From assembly GCA_039794005.1 (NCBI GenBank), contig JBAMMA010000006.1, positions 27,679-91,678 of the forward strand: DNA of 64,000 nt, in the 5' to 3' direction. The position numbers were made by a program, and so were the translations under genes. Shown here one piece after another: positions 55,828 to 64,000 of the stretch. Position 1 is the first letter of the stretch, and each line of letters begins with the position of its first letter. This DNA is from Thermoplasmata archaeon (lineage in GTDB: Archaea > Thermoplasmatota > Thermoplasmata > Thermoplasmatales > ARK-15). Under the pieces are notes generated by a model that saw only the letters and a list, made by a program, of their open reading frames with translations, was not told the origin of the DNA and did not search any database.

Positions 55828-57287
55828 GGGTGAAAGGATTGGATAATATTAATGAATTGATTGAAAAATACAAGTCAATTGAGGCAATAAATCATGCAAA
55901 GAGGTTGATGTTTTGGGACATGGAGACGGTAATGCCGCCGTCTGGGATAGAGGAGAGGTCTGAAGTTTTATCAAATATTGAAAACTATCAAAAGAAGATG
56001 TATCTGGAATTGAAGGATCTGGTAGATAAAATTGAAGAGAATGATGATTATTCAGAGGCAATAAAAAGGATATTAAAAAAGCAAATACACTATTATTCAT
56101 CATTGCCCGATGAAATCAACAGGGAGATCACAAAAATATCTGCCATTGCAGAGAGTGTTTGGAAAATTGCCAAGAATAGAAATAATTTCAAAATTGTCGA
56201 ACCATATTTAGAAAAAATTGTAGACTTGGAGATTAAAATAACCGAATACCTTGGATATAAAAAGCATCCGTATGATGCATTGCTTGATAATTATGAAGAA
56301 GATTTTACAGTTGATGATGGAGATAAAGTATTCGATTATTTAATAAGAGAGACAAAAGGAATGATAGATAAGGTGATGGATAAAGAATTTTCAAAAACAC
56401 AAAAAATAAAAAATGAAAAATATAAAAAGGAATGGATGGTTTCAATATCGAATGATCTAAAAAATATATTCAAAATACCTGAAGACAAATTTAGGATTGA
56501 TGAATCCGTTCATCCATTCACAATAAATATTTCACCAGACGATGTTAGAATTACAACAAAATTTGAGCTTATTGACTTCAAAAAATCGCTTTTTGCAACA
56601 ATACACGAAATGGGACATGCTATATATCTTTTAAACATTAACAAGGAATATGGATGCACTCCATTATATTCATCGCCATCGTTTGGGTTTGATGAATCAC
56701 AATCAAGGTTTCTTGAAAATTTCATAGGTAAAAGCAAAGAATTCACCGAATTTTTTTATCCAATTTTGAAAAGACATCTGCCATTCATTAAAAAATATGA
56801 TACTGATGAAATATACTATTATTTCAACAATATAGATAGAACGCCAATTAGAATTGATGCTGATGAATTGACTTATAATATTCATATTGCAATAAGGTAT
56901 GATATTGAAAAGAATTTGATTGAAGGTAAATATAAAGTTAGTGAAATACCTGAAATATGGGATTCCAAAATGGAGGAATACCTGGGGATTAGGCCTAGGA
57001 ATCACAAGGAGGGAATTCTTCAAGACATACACTGGTATCAGGGGAGTTTTGGTTACTTTCCAACATATACACTTGGAAACATAATAGCTGCAATAATATG
57101 GTATAAAATAGAAAATATCAGAGAACATTTAATGAATGGTGATTTTGACCAAATCTTTGAATTTCTTAAAAATAATATACACATATATGGTGCCCTATAC
57201 TCGCCAAAGGATTTGCTAAGAAGATCATTTAACGAAGATTATAATCCAGAATATTTAATAAAATATTTTAAAGAAAAATTTATTTAA
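55815..57287 (+). CDS. M32 carboxypeptidase (carboxypeptidase Taq / thermostable carboxypeptidase 1 family)
   Basis: LMFWDMETVMP, HPFT, DVRITT, HEMGHAIY (HExxH), IHWYQGSFGYFPTYTLGN. No ATG lies upstream of the conserved N-terminal helix, so the track TTG start at 55815 (or GTG at 55830) is needed. Confidence 0.85.
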   Translation: MFDIGVKGLDNINELIEKYKSIEAINHAKRLMFWDMETVMPPSGIEERSEVLSNIENYQKKMYLELKDLVDKIEENDDYSEAIKRILKKQIHYYSSLPDEINREITKISAIAESVWKIAKNRNNFKIVEPYLEKIVDLEIKITEYLGYKKHPYDALLDNYEEDFTVDDGDKVFDYLIRETKGMIDKVMDKEFSKTQKIKNEKYKKEWMVSISNDLKNIFKIPEDKFRIDESVHPFTINISPDDVRITTKFELIDFKKSLFATIHEMGHAIYLLNINKEYGCTPLYSSPSFGFDESQSRFLENFIGKSKEFTEFFYPILKRHLPFIKKYDTDEIYYYFNNIDRTPIRIDADELTYNIHIAIRYDIEKNLIEGKYKVSEIPEIWDSKMEEYLGIRPRNHKEGILQDIHWYQGSFGYFPTYTLGNIIAAIIWYKIENIREHLMNGDFDQIFEFLKNNIHIYGALYSPKDLLRRSFNEDYNPEYLIKYFKEKFI

Positions 57288-57386
57288 AAAGGTAAATATT
57301 TCTATTAAATTATATTGATAACATACTTTAAAATAAAAATTTTATTATTTTTATTTTCAATTTCAAATATAAATTAATTAAGTTTT

Positions 57387-57401
57387 CGAAAAATTTAAAT
57401 A
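57387..57401 (+). promoter_or_regulatory. BRE/TATA candidate (CGAAAAA-TTTAAATA) for gar1-tfb; spacing implies a leaderless or near-leaderless mRNA
   Basis: The TATA centre is about 25 nt upstream of the gar1 ATG (57423). A purine-rich CGAAA lies immediately upstream. No SD-like sequence lies in between. Confidence 0.4.
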
Positions 57402-57422
57402 GTATATAAATATTTAATCTAT

Positions 57423-57710
57423 ATGTCTGAACTTGCCATCAAGGTGGGCAAGGTAATAGCTATTAGAGGAAACATGTTGATTGCAAAATCTTTCAAGGTT
57501 CCTAATGTTGGAGATGAGGTATACGATTCTAATGGAAAACTTGTGGGACGTATAATTAACATTTTTGGTCCAGTAAATTCACCGTATTTCAGAGTAAGGA
57601 TAGAAAAGGGGAAGGAGGTAAAAGGTTATTTGTTTACAAAAGGTGATAAAGATGGCGGAGGAAGAAAGGAAGGAAAAAAGGGACATAAGGAATTGGATAG
57701 AAGAGATTGA
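57423..57710 (+). CDS. gar1: H/ACA ribonucleoprotein complex subunit Gar1
   Basis: [15 protein letters not shown]...[31 protein letters not shown] is the Gar1 beta-barrel signature. Charged Gly/Lys/Arg tail overlaps tfb. Confidence 0.85.
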   Translation: MSELAIKVGKVIAIRGNMLIAKSFKVPNVGDEVYDSNGKLVGRIINIFGPVNSPYFRVRIEKGKEVKGYLFTKGDKDGGGRKEGKKGHKELDRRD

Positions 57711-58608
57711 TAAATGTCCTAAATGCGGTTCAACACACCTCGCCAGAGATTATGAGAGAGGCGAATTGACCTGTCTAGACTGCGGTTTTGTCATTGATGA
57801 GGGATATATAGACCAGGGACCAGATTGGAGAGCTTTTGATGCAGAACAAAAAGAGGAAAGGGTTAGAACCGGAGCACCCATGACATATACAATACACGAT
57901 AAGGGATTATCAACTGAAATTTCTTGGAAAAACAAGGATTCATATGGGAAAAATATTCCAACAAGAAACAGGTCTCAATTATATAGATTGAGGAAATGGC
58001 AAAGAAGGATAAAGGTTTCAAATGCTGCGGAGAGAAATCTTTCGCAGGCCCTCCAGGAACTTGAGAGAATGGCAAGCAATTTAAACCTTTCTAAGGAGGT
58101 AAGGGAAGCTGCCGCTGTAATATACAGGAAAGCCGTGAGGGAAAACATGATAAGGGGCAGGAGCATTGAAGGCGTTGTTGCAGCGAGCATATATGCCGCA
58201 TGCAGGCAGTTAGGTATACCGAGGACACTTGAGGAAATTGCATCAATAACGAGAATAAAGAAGAAAGACATAGGGAGGATATTCAGGATAATGTCCAGGA
58301 CTTTGAAGCTAGGTCTATTCCCATCAAAACCAGAGGAATATGTTGACAGGTTCTGCGCAAAACTTAATTTATCTCCAAAGGTAAAAAACAGGACAATGGA
58401 GATAATAAAAATGGCGGAAGAAAAGGGATTATCTTCTGGAAGAGGTCCAACAGGGCTTGTTGCGGCCGCCCTTTATATTGCATCCGTAATGGAAAATGAA
58501 AGAAGAACACAGAGGGAAATAGCAGAAGTAGCTGGAGTTACAGAAGTAACAATAAGAAACAGATACAAAGAGATGGCTGAAAAATTGGGTTTAAAAATAG
58601 ATATTTAA
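57652..58608 (+). CDS. tfb: transcription initiation factor B (TFIIB homologue)
   Basis: Zn ribbon [25 protein letters not shown]-reader/linker. Two cyclin-fold repeats ([18 protein letters not shown]..., [34 protein letters not shown]). ATG at 57652; the track start is GTG at 57643. Confidence 0.93.
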   Translation: MAEEERKEKRDIRNWIEEIDKCPKCGSTHLARDYERGELTCLDCGFVIDEGYIDQGPDWRAFDAEQKEERVRTGAPMTYTIHDKGLSTEISWKNKDSYGKNIPTRNRSQLYRLRKWQRRIKVSNAAERNLSQALQELERMASNLNLSKEVREAAAVIYRKAVRENMIRGRSIEGVVAASIYAACRQLGIPRTLEEIASITRIKKKDIGRIFRIMSRTLKLGLFPSKPEEYVDRFCAKLNLSPKVKNRTMEIIKMAEEKGLSSGRGPTGLVAAALYIASVMENERRTQREIAEVAGVTEVTIRNRYKEMAEKLGLKIDI

Positions 58609-58686
58609 AATTTTTAAAATTTATTTATATATCTTATTAGAAAGCTTTATATATTATTAACTATTATATATTTAAGGTGAAGTTTT

Positions 58687-59043
58687 ATGGTAGAATTTGA
58701 TGAAAAGGATGAGGAGTTGGTAAAGGATCTTGTATCCGCAGGTTTACAGAAAAATATTGCTAGGAGTTTGGTTTATTTAAAAAAGGTAGATGAGGCTACT
58801 TCAGTTGAAATTGAAAGGTCAGCAAAATTAAGGCAACCAGAGGTATCAATAGCAATGCAGTGGCTGGAAAAGAAAGGTTGGATTACAAAAAGGGATATTA
58901 AGAAAGAGGGAAAGGGAAGACCGGTATATAAATATAAATTGGCTAAATCCTTCAAGGACATTGTCAATGAAATTGAGAATGATTTAAAGGCAAAGATTGA
59001 TGAAATACAAAAAGTAATACAGGATTTAAAATCAATTACCTGA
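58687..59043 (+). CDS. winged helix-turn-helix transcriptional regulator (ArsR/TrmB-like small archaeal type)
   Basis: ATSVEIERSAKLRQPEVSIAMQWLEKKGWITKRDIKKEGKGRPVYKYKL, then a C-terminal coiled coil. SD-like AAGGTGA 6 nt upstream. Confidence 0.65.
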   Translation: MVEFDEKDEELVKDLVSAGLQKNIARSLVYLKKVDEATSVEIERSAKLRQPEVSIAMQWLEKKGWITKRDIKKEGKGRPVYKYKLAKSFKDIVNEIENDLKAKIDEIQKVIQDLKSIT

Positions 59044-59649
59044 TTTTCTATTTTTATATATTTTATATATTATATATATAAGTATTAGTATCCCTATTAT
59101 AATAATAACAGGATCCAATGAAGATATGACATTTACTATTATATTCCAGTTACTTCCAAGATAATATGCCGTGTAAGATAAAATTACACTCCATATGAGT
59201 GTTCCAAGGAATGTGTAAATTGAAAATTTTACTATGTTCATTTTACCTATGCCTGCGGGCAGGGATATTATTCCCCTTATAACCGGTAAAAGTCTTGCTA
59301 TAAAAACTGATTCAGGGCCATATTTATTAAACCATCTCTCAGCCCTTTCAAGGTCTTCCTCGTATATGAAAAAATATTTACCATATTTTATTATCAATTC
59401 TCTTCCTCCAAAATATCCTATATAATATGCTATCAATGAACCTGCCAATCCCCCCAGCGTTGAAAACATTATAACGAGGTAAATGTTCAAATAATTGAGA
59501 TATGCGAGATATGCAGAAAATGGAATTATTACCTCGCTAGGCAATGGAAGCATTGCAGATTCCAATGTCATTAAAATGAATATACCAAGATATCCATGCT
59601 CTTTCAGATAATTTATTACGAAATTTACAACCACGGAAGATATCGACAT
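59032..59649 (-). CDS. DedA-family (SNARE-associated/VTT domain) membrane protein
   Basis: GYLGIFILMTLESAMLPLPSEVIIPFSAYLA and FIARLLPVIRGIISLPAG. Confidence 0.8.
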   Translation of the reverse strand: MSISSVVVNFVINYLKEHGYLGIFILMTLESAMLPLPSEVIIPFSAYLAYLNYLNIYLVIMFSTLGGLAGSLIAYYIGYFGGRELIIKYGKYFFIYEEDLERAERWFNKYGPESVFIARLLPVIRGIISLPAGIGKMNIVKFSIYTFLGTLIWSVILSYTAYYLGSNWNIIVNVISSLDPVIIIIGILILIYIIYKIYKNRKSGN

Positions 59650-59724
59650 CTTGAATTATCACCAAACAATGTTTCAAATAAAAAGCATAAATAAAAATTT
59701 ATTTGTTTTAAAAAATTTAAAAAT

Positions 59725-61086
59725 TCATGAGTCTAAAAATGCCCTGTAGGCTTCATACGTGCTGTAAAGATCTAATTTGCTAACTATTTCAAACGGGGAA
59801 TGCATACTCATCAAGCCTGGCCCTATGTCAATTACCTCCATTCCATACTTTGCAAAGTATTTTGCTACTGTTCCACCGCCACCTTCATCCACCTTCCCCA
59901 AAAGGCCAAATTGATATTTTATGTTATTCTTCTCAAATATTGAAACCATTTCGGCCACGAGTTCTGCCCTCGCTTCACTCGTTGAATATTTTCCTCCGGA
60001 TCCGGTATATTTTGTTATTATAACACCGTGACCGGCCTTTGCTGCGTTCAACATATCATGAACACTCTTAAATAATGGATTCACGACGGCATTAACATCT
60101 GCACTTATCACTTTGCTCTTATGCAAAATATCCAAATATAAAGAATATGAATATTCAACCCCTGCCGCATCCAGCGCCTTTGTTATAACATATTCAATCA
60201 AATTGCTCTGTGCACCTGTATTTCCATCACTTCCAATCTCTTCCCTATCCAATAATATCACTATTTCATTTCCATTTTTTCTTGAATCCATCAGTGCATG
60301 AAATGATGTGAATGCACAAATTCTATCATCCTGTCCATATCCACCCACCATGGATTTGTCAAATCCAACATCCCTTGCACGTCCCGCAGGTACAATTTCT
60401 ATATCTGATGAATATAAATCCGTTTCATCAATGTTGTATTTTTCCTTTAGCAATTTCAATATGAATGATTTGAGTGGATTCTTTTCATCGGATTTATCAG
60501 GCATGTGTGATGCCAGGATTTGCAGATCCTCACCTTCAAAGCCTTCAAGGAGTTTTTTCTCACCCTGTACCTTCTTGGCTAAATGAGGCAAAAGGTCTGG
60601 TATGGTAAAAACAGGGTCTTCTTCATTTTCACCAATGTTTATCTTTACCTTTGTCCCATCCTTCTTTACAACTATTCCTTTAATAGCCAATGGCCTACTT
60701 ACCCATTGATATTTCTTTATCCCACCATAATAATGCGTTTTAAATAAAACGGTCTCTGTATCTTTATCTTCAACTATAGGATAAGGCTTTAGATCGAGCC
60801 TCGGGGAATCAATATGCGCTGCAATTATTTTGAATCCATTTTCAAAACTGCCAGAAAGATTTACAAACGCTATGGCTTTACCATTTTTCTTTATGTAAAA
60901 TTTATTTCCTCTATATCCTTGATAATATTCTTCAAATCCATTTTCCCTGGCAATGTTTTCAAAATATTCCACAGCTTCTCTTTCAGTTTTTACGTTGCTC
61001 AAGAATTCTTTATATTTCTCTGCAAATTCAAATACCTTCTTTTTTTTATTTTCATCTATTTCATACCAACCACTTTTATTTTCCAT
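59725..61086 (-). CDS. M18-family aminopeptidase (aspartyl aminopeptidase-like)
   Basis: IIAAHIDSPRLDLKP, GYGQDDRIC, DREEIGS, SADVNAV, MHSP. 453 aa. Confidence 0.8.
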   Translation of the reverse strand: MENKSGWYEIDENKKKKVFEFAEKYKEFLSNVKTEREAVEYFENIARENGFEEYYQGYRGNKFYIKKNGKAIAFVNLSGSFENGFKIIAAHIDSPRLDLKPYPIVEDKDTETVLFKTHYYGGIKKYQWVSRPLAIKGIVVKKDGTKVKINIGENEEDPVFTIPDLLPHLAKKVQGEKKLLEGFEGEDLQILASHMPDKSDEKNPLKSFILKLLKEKYNIDETDLYSSDIEIVPAGRARDVGFDKSMVGGYGQDDRICAFTSFHALMDSRKNGNEIVILLDREEIGSDGNTGAQSNLIEYVITKALDAAGVEYSYSLYLDILHKSKVISADVNAVVNPLFKSVHDMLNAAKAGHGVIITKYTGSGGKYSTSEARAELVAEMVSIFEKNNIKYQFGLLGKVDEGGGGTVAKYFAKYGMEVIDIGPGLMSMHSPFEIVSKLDLYSTYEAYRAFLDS

Positions 61087-61090
61087 ATTT

Positions 61091-61906
61091 TCACCTCTCT
61101 ATGACAATTGAAGCATAACCAACTACATCCTTCATCTTGACAATATCACCACTTGTGGCATATTTCAAAAGCCTTGGATTTCCATTAAGGGCCATAATTG
61201 CAGTGGCAATAGGCCCATATCCACATGCTGTGACCTCTCCACTTTCAACATATTCATAAAATGATTTTACATCTTTATTTAGAAGTTTTTCAATTGCAAT
61301 CAAATCGTTTCTATATGCAACTTCCTTAGGAACATAATGGGAAAAATCTGATGATGCAATTAAAACTGCATTATAATCGTTTATTGCATCCTTTATTATT
61401 CCAGACAAAATTTTTGCAAATTCATAATATTGTGATAACATGACTATAGGAACTATTTTTATATCGTGCTTTAAATATTGAAGAAAAGGAAGCTGTACTT
61501 CTATGGAATGTTCAAATGCATGTGCCTCCTTTGAAACATCAACGATATCCCTTATGATTCTTCTGTTCAATTCTTCATCTATCTTTACCCTTCCAAAGGG
61601 TGTATAATAATCCTCTGTGGTGGCCGATATAGCACTGCCTATTCCTGTGTGGTTTGGACCTATGATTATAAATGTTTCCGGATATCCATCTTTTGCCAAT
61701 TCACTATAAAAATGGGCTGCAACAGGTCCGGAATAAAAATACCCTGCATGAGGAACGATTCCACCCAACACCTTTCCCAACCTTATTGTATTTAGTGAAG
61801 GTATTTTTCCAGGACCTATTGGATGTAAATATGATTCCTCTATAGCCATTTTTAGGTCTTTTGGATTTGATGGATAGAACTGTCCGGCAACGGCAGGCAT
61901 CCTCAT
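61091..61906 (-). CDS. MEMO1-family protein (AmmeMemoRadiSam system protein B)
   Basis: [53 protein letters not shown]. Confidence 0.85.
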   Translation of the reverse strand: MRMPAVAGQFYPSNPKDLKMAIEESYLHPIGPGKIPSLNTIRLGKVLGGIVPHAGYFYSGPVAAHFYSELAKDGYPETFIIIGPNHTGIGSAISATTEDYYTPFGRVKIDEELNRRIIRDIVDVSKEAHAFEHSIEVQLPFLQYLKHDIKIVPIVMLSQYYEFAKILSGIIKDAINDYNAVLIASSDFSHYVPKEVAYRNDLIAIEKLLNKDVKSFYEYVESGEVTACGYGPIATAIMALNGNPRLLKYATSGDIVKMKDVVGYASIVIER

Positions 61907-62499
61907 AAGGGTGCCTCGAAGTCTTCCGGTTTATATGGAAATTCCTCGTAATTCTTTATCTTTCCGTAGTTTAACATTGCCTCTCTGGCAAGGAGATAAT
62001 AAACTAAAGACAAAGCCTTCCTACCCTTGTTGTTTGTAGGAATTACCAAATCCACATAGGATATCCTATTGTTAACATCACACAATGCAATTATAGGTAT
62101 TCCAATCTTCACGGCCTCTTTCATTGCCTGCTGGTCTATGATTGGATCATTGATTATTATCAAATCCGCCTCAACGTAATTCGGCAATTCTGGGTTTGTC
62201 AAAGTACCTGGTATAAACCTGCCCGCTATTGCTTTCGTTCCAACAACCTCTGAAAACTTTTTGATTGGTTGGTGTGCATACTGTCTCTGGGCAACAAGAA
62301 GAACCTTTGATGGTTCATATCTGGATATGAATTTCCCGGCAATCCTTATCCTGGAATCTGTCTTTGATATATCCAGAATATAGAGACCATCGGACCTAAT
62401 TTTGTATATAAAAGATGTCATATGCTTTGTCTTTACCTGCGTACCTATCTGTACTCCGGCCTTCAAATATTCATCCTCTGAAACTAATAAATCCACCAT
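61903..62499 (-). CDS. rps2: 30S ribosomal protein S2 (uS2)
   Basis: [59 protein letters not shown]. 4-nt overlap with the MEMO gene. Confidence 0.9.
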   Translation of the reverse strand: MVDLLVSEDEYLKAGVQIGTQVKTKHMTSFIYKIRSDGLYILDISKTDSRIRIAGKFISRYEPSKVLLVAQRQYAHQPIKKFSEVVGTKAIAGRFIPGTLTNPELPNYVEADLIIINDPIIDQQAMKEAVKIGIPIIALCDVNNRISYVDLVIPTNNKGRKALSLVYYLLAREAMLNYGKIKNYEEFPYKPEDFEAPL

Positions 62500-62501
62500 G
62501 C

Positions 62502-63710
62502 TTAATCCTCCATATACTCTTCTATTCTAATTAGCTGGTTCAACTTTGATGTTCTCTCCCCTCCAATAGCACCCGTCTTTATATATTCTCCGCCAACGCC
62601 AACTGCAATCTCGGCTAGCGCATTATCCTCAGTTTCACCACTCCTGTGGGATACGATTGTCGTATATGCAGCCTCCTTTGCCATCTTTGTTGTTTTGATG
62701 AAATCTGTTAAAGTTCCTATCTGGTTTGGCTTTAATAATATTGCATTTGCAGAATCGGATTCAATGCCCTTCATAAGTCTGTCAGGATTTGTTACGAAAA
62801 GATCATCGCCTACAACCAAGGTTTTAGAGCCTACCAGTCTGGTCAATTTTGAAAATCCTTCAAAATCATTTTCCTCCAAAGGATCTTCTAAATATTTAAT
62901 TTCATACTCATCCACTAAACCTTCCAAAAATTCTATCTGCTCATCTTTTTCCAATTCTCTGCCTTTGTAAATATATTTTCCATTGCTAAAGAATGATGTT
63001 GCGGCCACATCCAAGCCTGGGAATATTTCTATGTCATATCTGCTTCTAAAATCATCTATAACGGATTTTAATATTTTTAAAGCCTCCTCATCATTTAGTG
63101 GAGCAACCCAGGCCCTTTCGTCTCCAACACCAATGGAAATGTTCGGGAATTTATCCCTTAATTTTTTGCCAACCGCTTTGTGTATTTCAGCATTAATGAA
63201 TATTGATTCTGAAACCTTTCTAGCGTGTGATATAACAAGGAATTCCTGTATTGTAGTTCCATTTATTGCATGCTTTCCTCCCCCGATGATGTTTGCAACC
63301 GGGATGGGCATTCTAATTGAAACATGGCCCCCCAAATATCTATGTAATGGCAAACCTATGTCATTGGCGGCCGCCTTTGCAACAGATATTGAAGTTGCAA
63401 TGGCCAAATTTCCACCGATGGTAGAGAAGTTTGTTGTTCCATCTATGGTATGCAAAATATGGTCTATGTATTTTTGGTTGAATACATCCTGACCTATCAA
63501 TTCAGGGGCAACCTTTTCTTTGAATATCTTAAGAGATTCATCAATACCCCTGGGTGGATAGTCCTTCACTTCATTACTCCCCTTACTTGCACCTGAGGGT
63601 GCAATTGCTATCCCAACGGCATTATTGTCTGTATGTATTTCAACCTCTATGGTTGGATTGCCCCGGGAATCCAAGACCTTTCTAGCAAATGCAGCATCAA
63701 TAATACTCAT
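62502..63710 (-). CDS. eno: enolase (2-phosphoglycerate dehydratase)
   Basis: [62 protein letters not shown]. Confidence 0.93.
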   Translation of the reverse strand: MSIIDAAFARKVLDSRGNPTIEVEIHTDNNAVGIAIAPSGASKGSNEVKDYPPRGIDESLKIFKEKVAPELIGQDVFNQKYIDHILHTIDGTTNFSTIGGNLAIATSISVAKAAANDIGLPLHRYLGGHVSIRMPIPVANIIGGGKHAINGTTIQEFLVISHARKVSESIFINAEIHKAVGKKLRDKFPNISIGVGDERAWVAPLNDEEALKILKSVIDDFRSRYDIEIFPGLDVAATSFFSNGKYIYKGRELEKDEQIEFLEGLVDEYEIKYLEDPLEENDFEGFSKLTRLVGSKTLVVGDDLFVTNPDRLMKGIESDSANAILLKPNQIGTLTDFIKTTKMAKEAAYTTIVSHRSGETEDNALAEIAVGVGGEYIKTGAIGGERTSKLNQLIRIEEYMED

Positions 63711-63727
63711 GATATCACCATATTATT

Positions 63728-64000
63728 TCATTTATTTAAATTCTTTTTATACTTTATTGCAGCCTGTGCTGCAGCCAACCTTGCAATAGGTATTCTATAT
63801 GGGGATGCTGAAACATAATTCAATCCTATGATATGTGAAAATTCGACTGCCGATGGTTCTCCACCATGTTCTCCGCATATTCCTACCTCTAGATTTGGAT
63901 TTGTGCTTCTCCCCTTTTCCACACCTATCTTCATCAATTCACCAACACCATCTCTATCAAGTATTTCAAATGGATTGTTTTTGAGTATGTTCATTTCGAG
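63728..64000 (-). CDS. ppdK: pyruvate, phosphate dikinase, C-terminal end (5' part lies beyond the window)
   Basis: [44 protein letters not shown] is the PPDK C-terminal signature (CGEHGGDP...[17 protein letters not shown]), not the PEP-synthase one. The frame stays open to nt 64000 upstream of the track Met. Confidence 0.8.
   Translation of the reverse strand, partial: LEMNILKNNPFEILDRDGVGELMKIGVEKGRSTNPNLEVGICGEHGGEPSAVEFSHIIGLNYVSASPYRIPIARLAAAQAAIKYKKNLNK

Noticed and set aside
63728-64000. Calling the last gene PEP synthase.
   Set aside because: The C-terminal signature CGEHGG..P....F....[17 protein letters not shown] is the PPDK form. PEP synthase ends with a different ICGQ-type motif.

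Overview
This is a 64-kb, very AT-rich and gene-dense chromosomal segment. By my estimate from the coordinates it is roughly nine-tenths coding. I infer a thermophilic archaeon from reverse gyrase, TFB, Gar1, the ether-lipid enzymes (GGGPS, DGGGPS, CarS), and two tRNAs plus an RNase P RNA that are far more GC-rich than their surroundings. A TA0289-type CBS/Zn-ribbon protein and a PolB2-type polymerase hint at a Thermoplasmata-like euryarchaeon, but that cannot be proven from here.

I call about 60 CDS:
- A giant Lhr helicase that runs off the left edge and is absent from the ORF track.
- pyrE and pyrD-pyrK.
- A WtpABC-like tungstate/molybdate transporter.
- sdhABCD.
- Reverse gyrase.
- AlaRS and GluRS.
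- A bacterial-type TGT.
- Several metallopeptidases (M18, M20 x2, M32, M50).
- The eno-rps2-MEMO block and the 3' end of ppdK.

RNA genes are tRNA-Val(UAC), tRNA-Thr(UGU) and RNase P RNA. I found no CRISPR array, rRNA, transposase or integrase.

Most worth a second look:
1. A minus-strand operon encodes a short PolB2-like family-B polymerase, an 81-aa helical protein and a 185-aa protein that resembles a P-loop-less RecA/RadB fold and ends in a PIP-like motif.
2. A coiled-coil protein plus an 844-aa FtsK/HerA/T4CP-like P-loop NTPase is appended to a housekeeping gene array.
3. A helicase-only Hef ends in QSTLFDFL.
4. A HAD phosphatase is translationally coupled to CDP-archaeol synthase.
5. Two long gene deserts bracket the wtp cassette next to tRNA-Val, and one contains a three-gene micro-ORF operon.
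6. The Lhr carries a C-terminal extension of about 790 aa rich in winged-helix-like segments.

All functional calls rest on motif recognition by eye. No database search was run.
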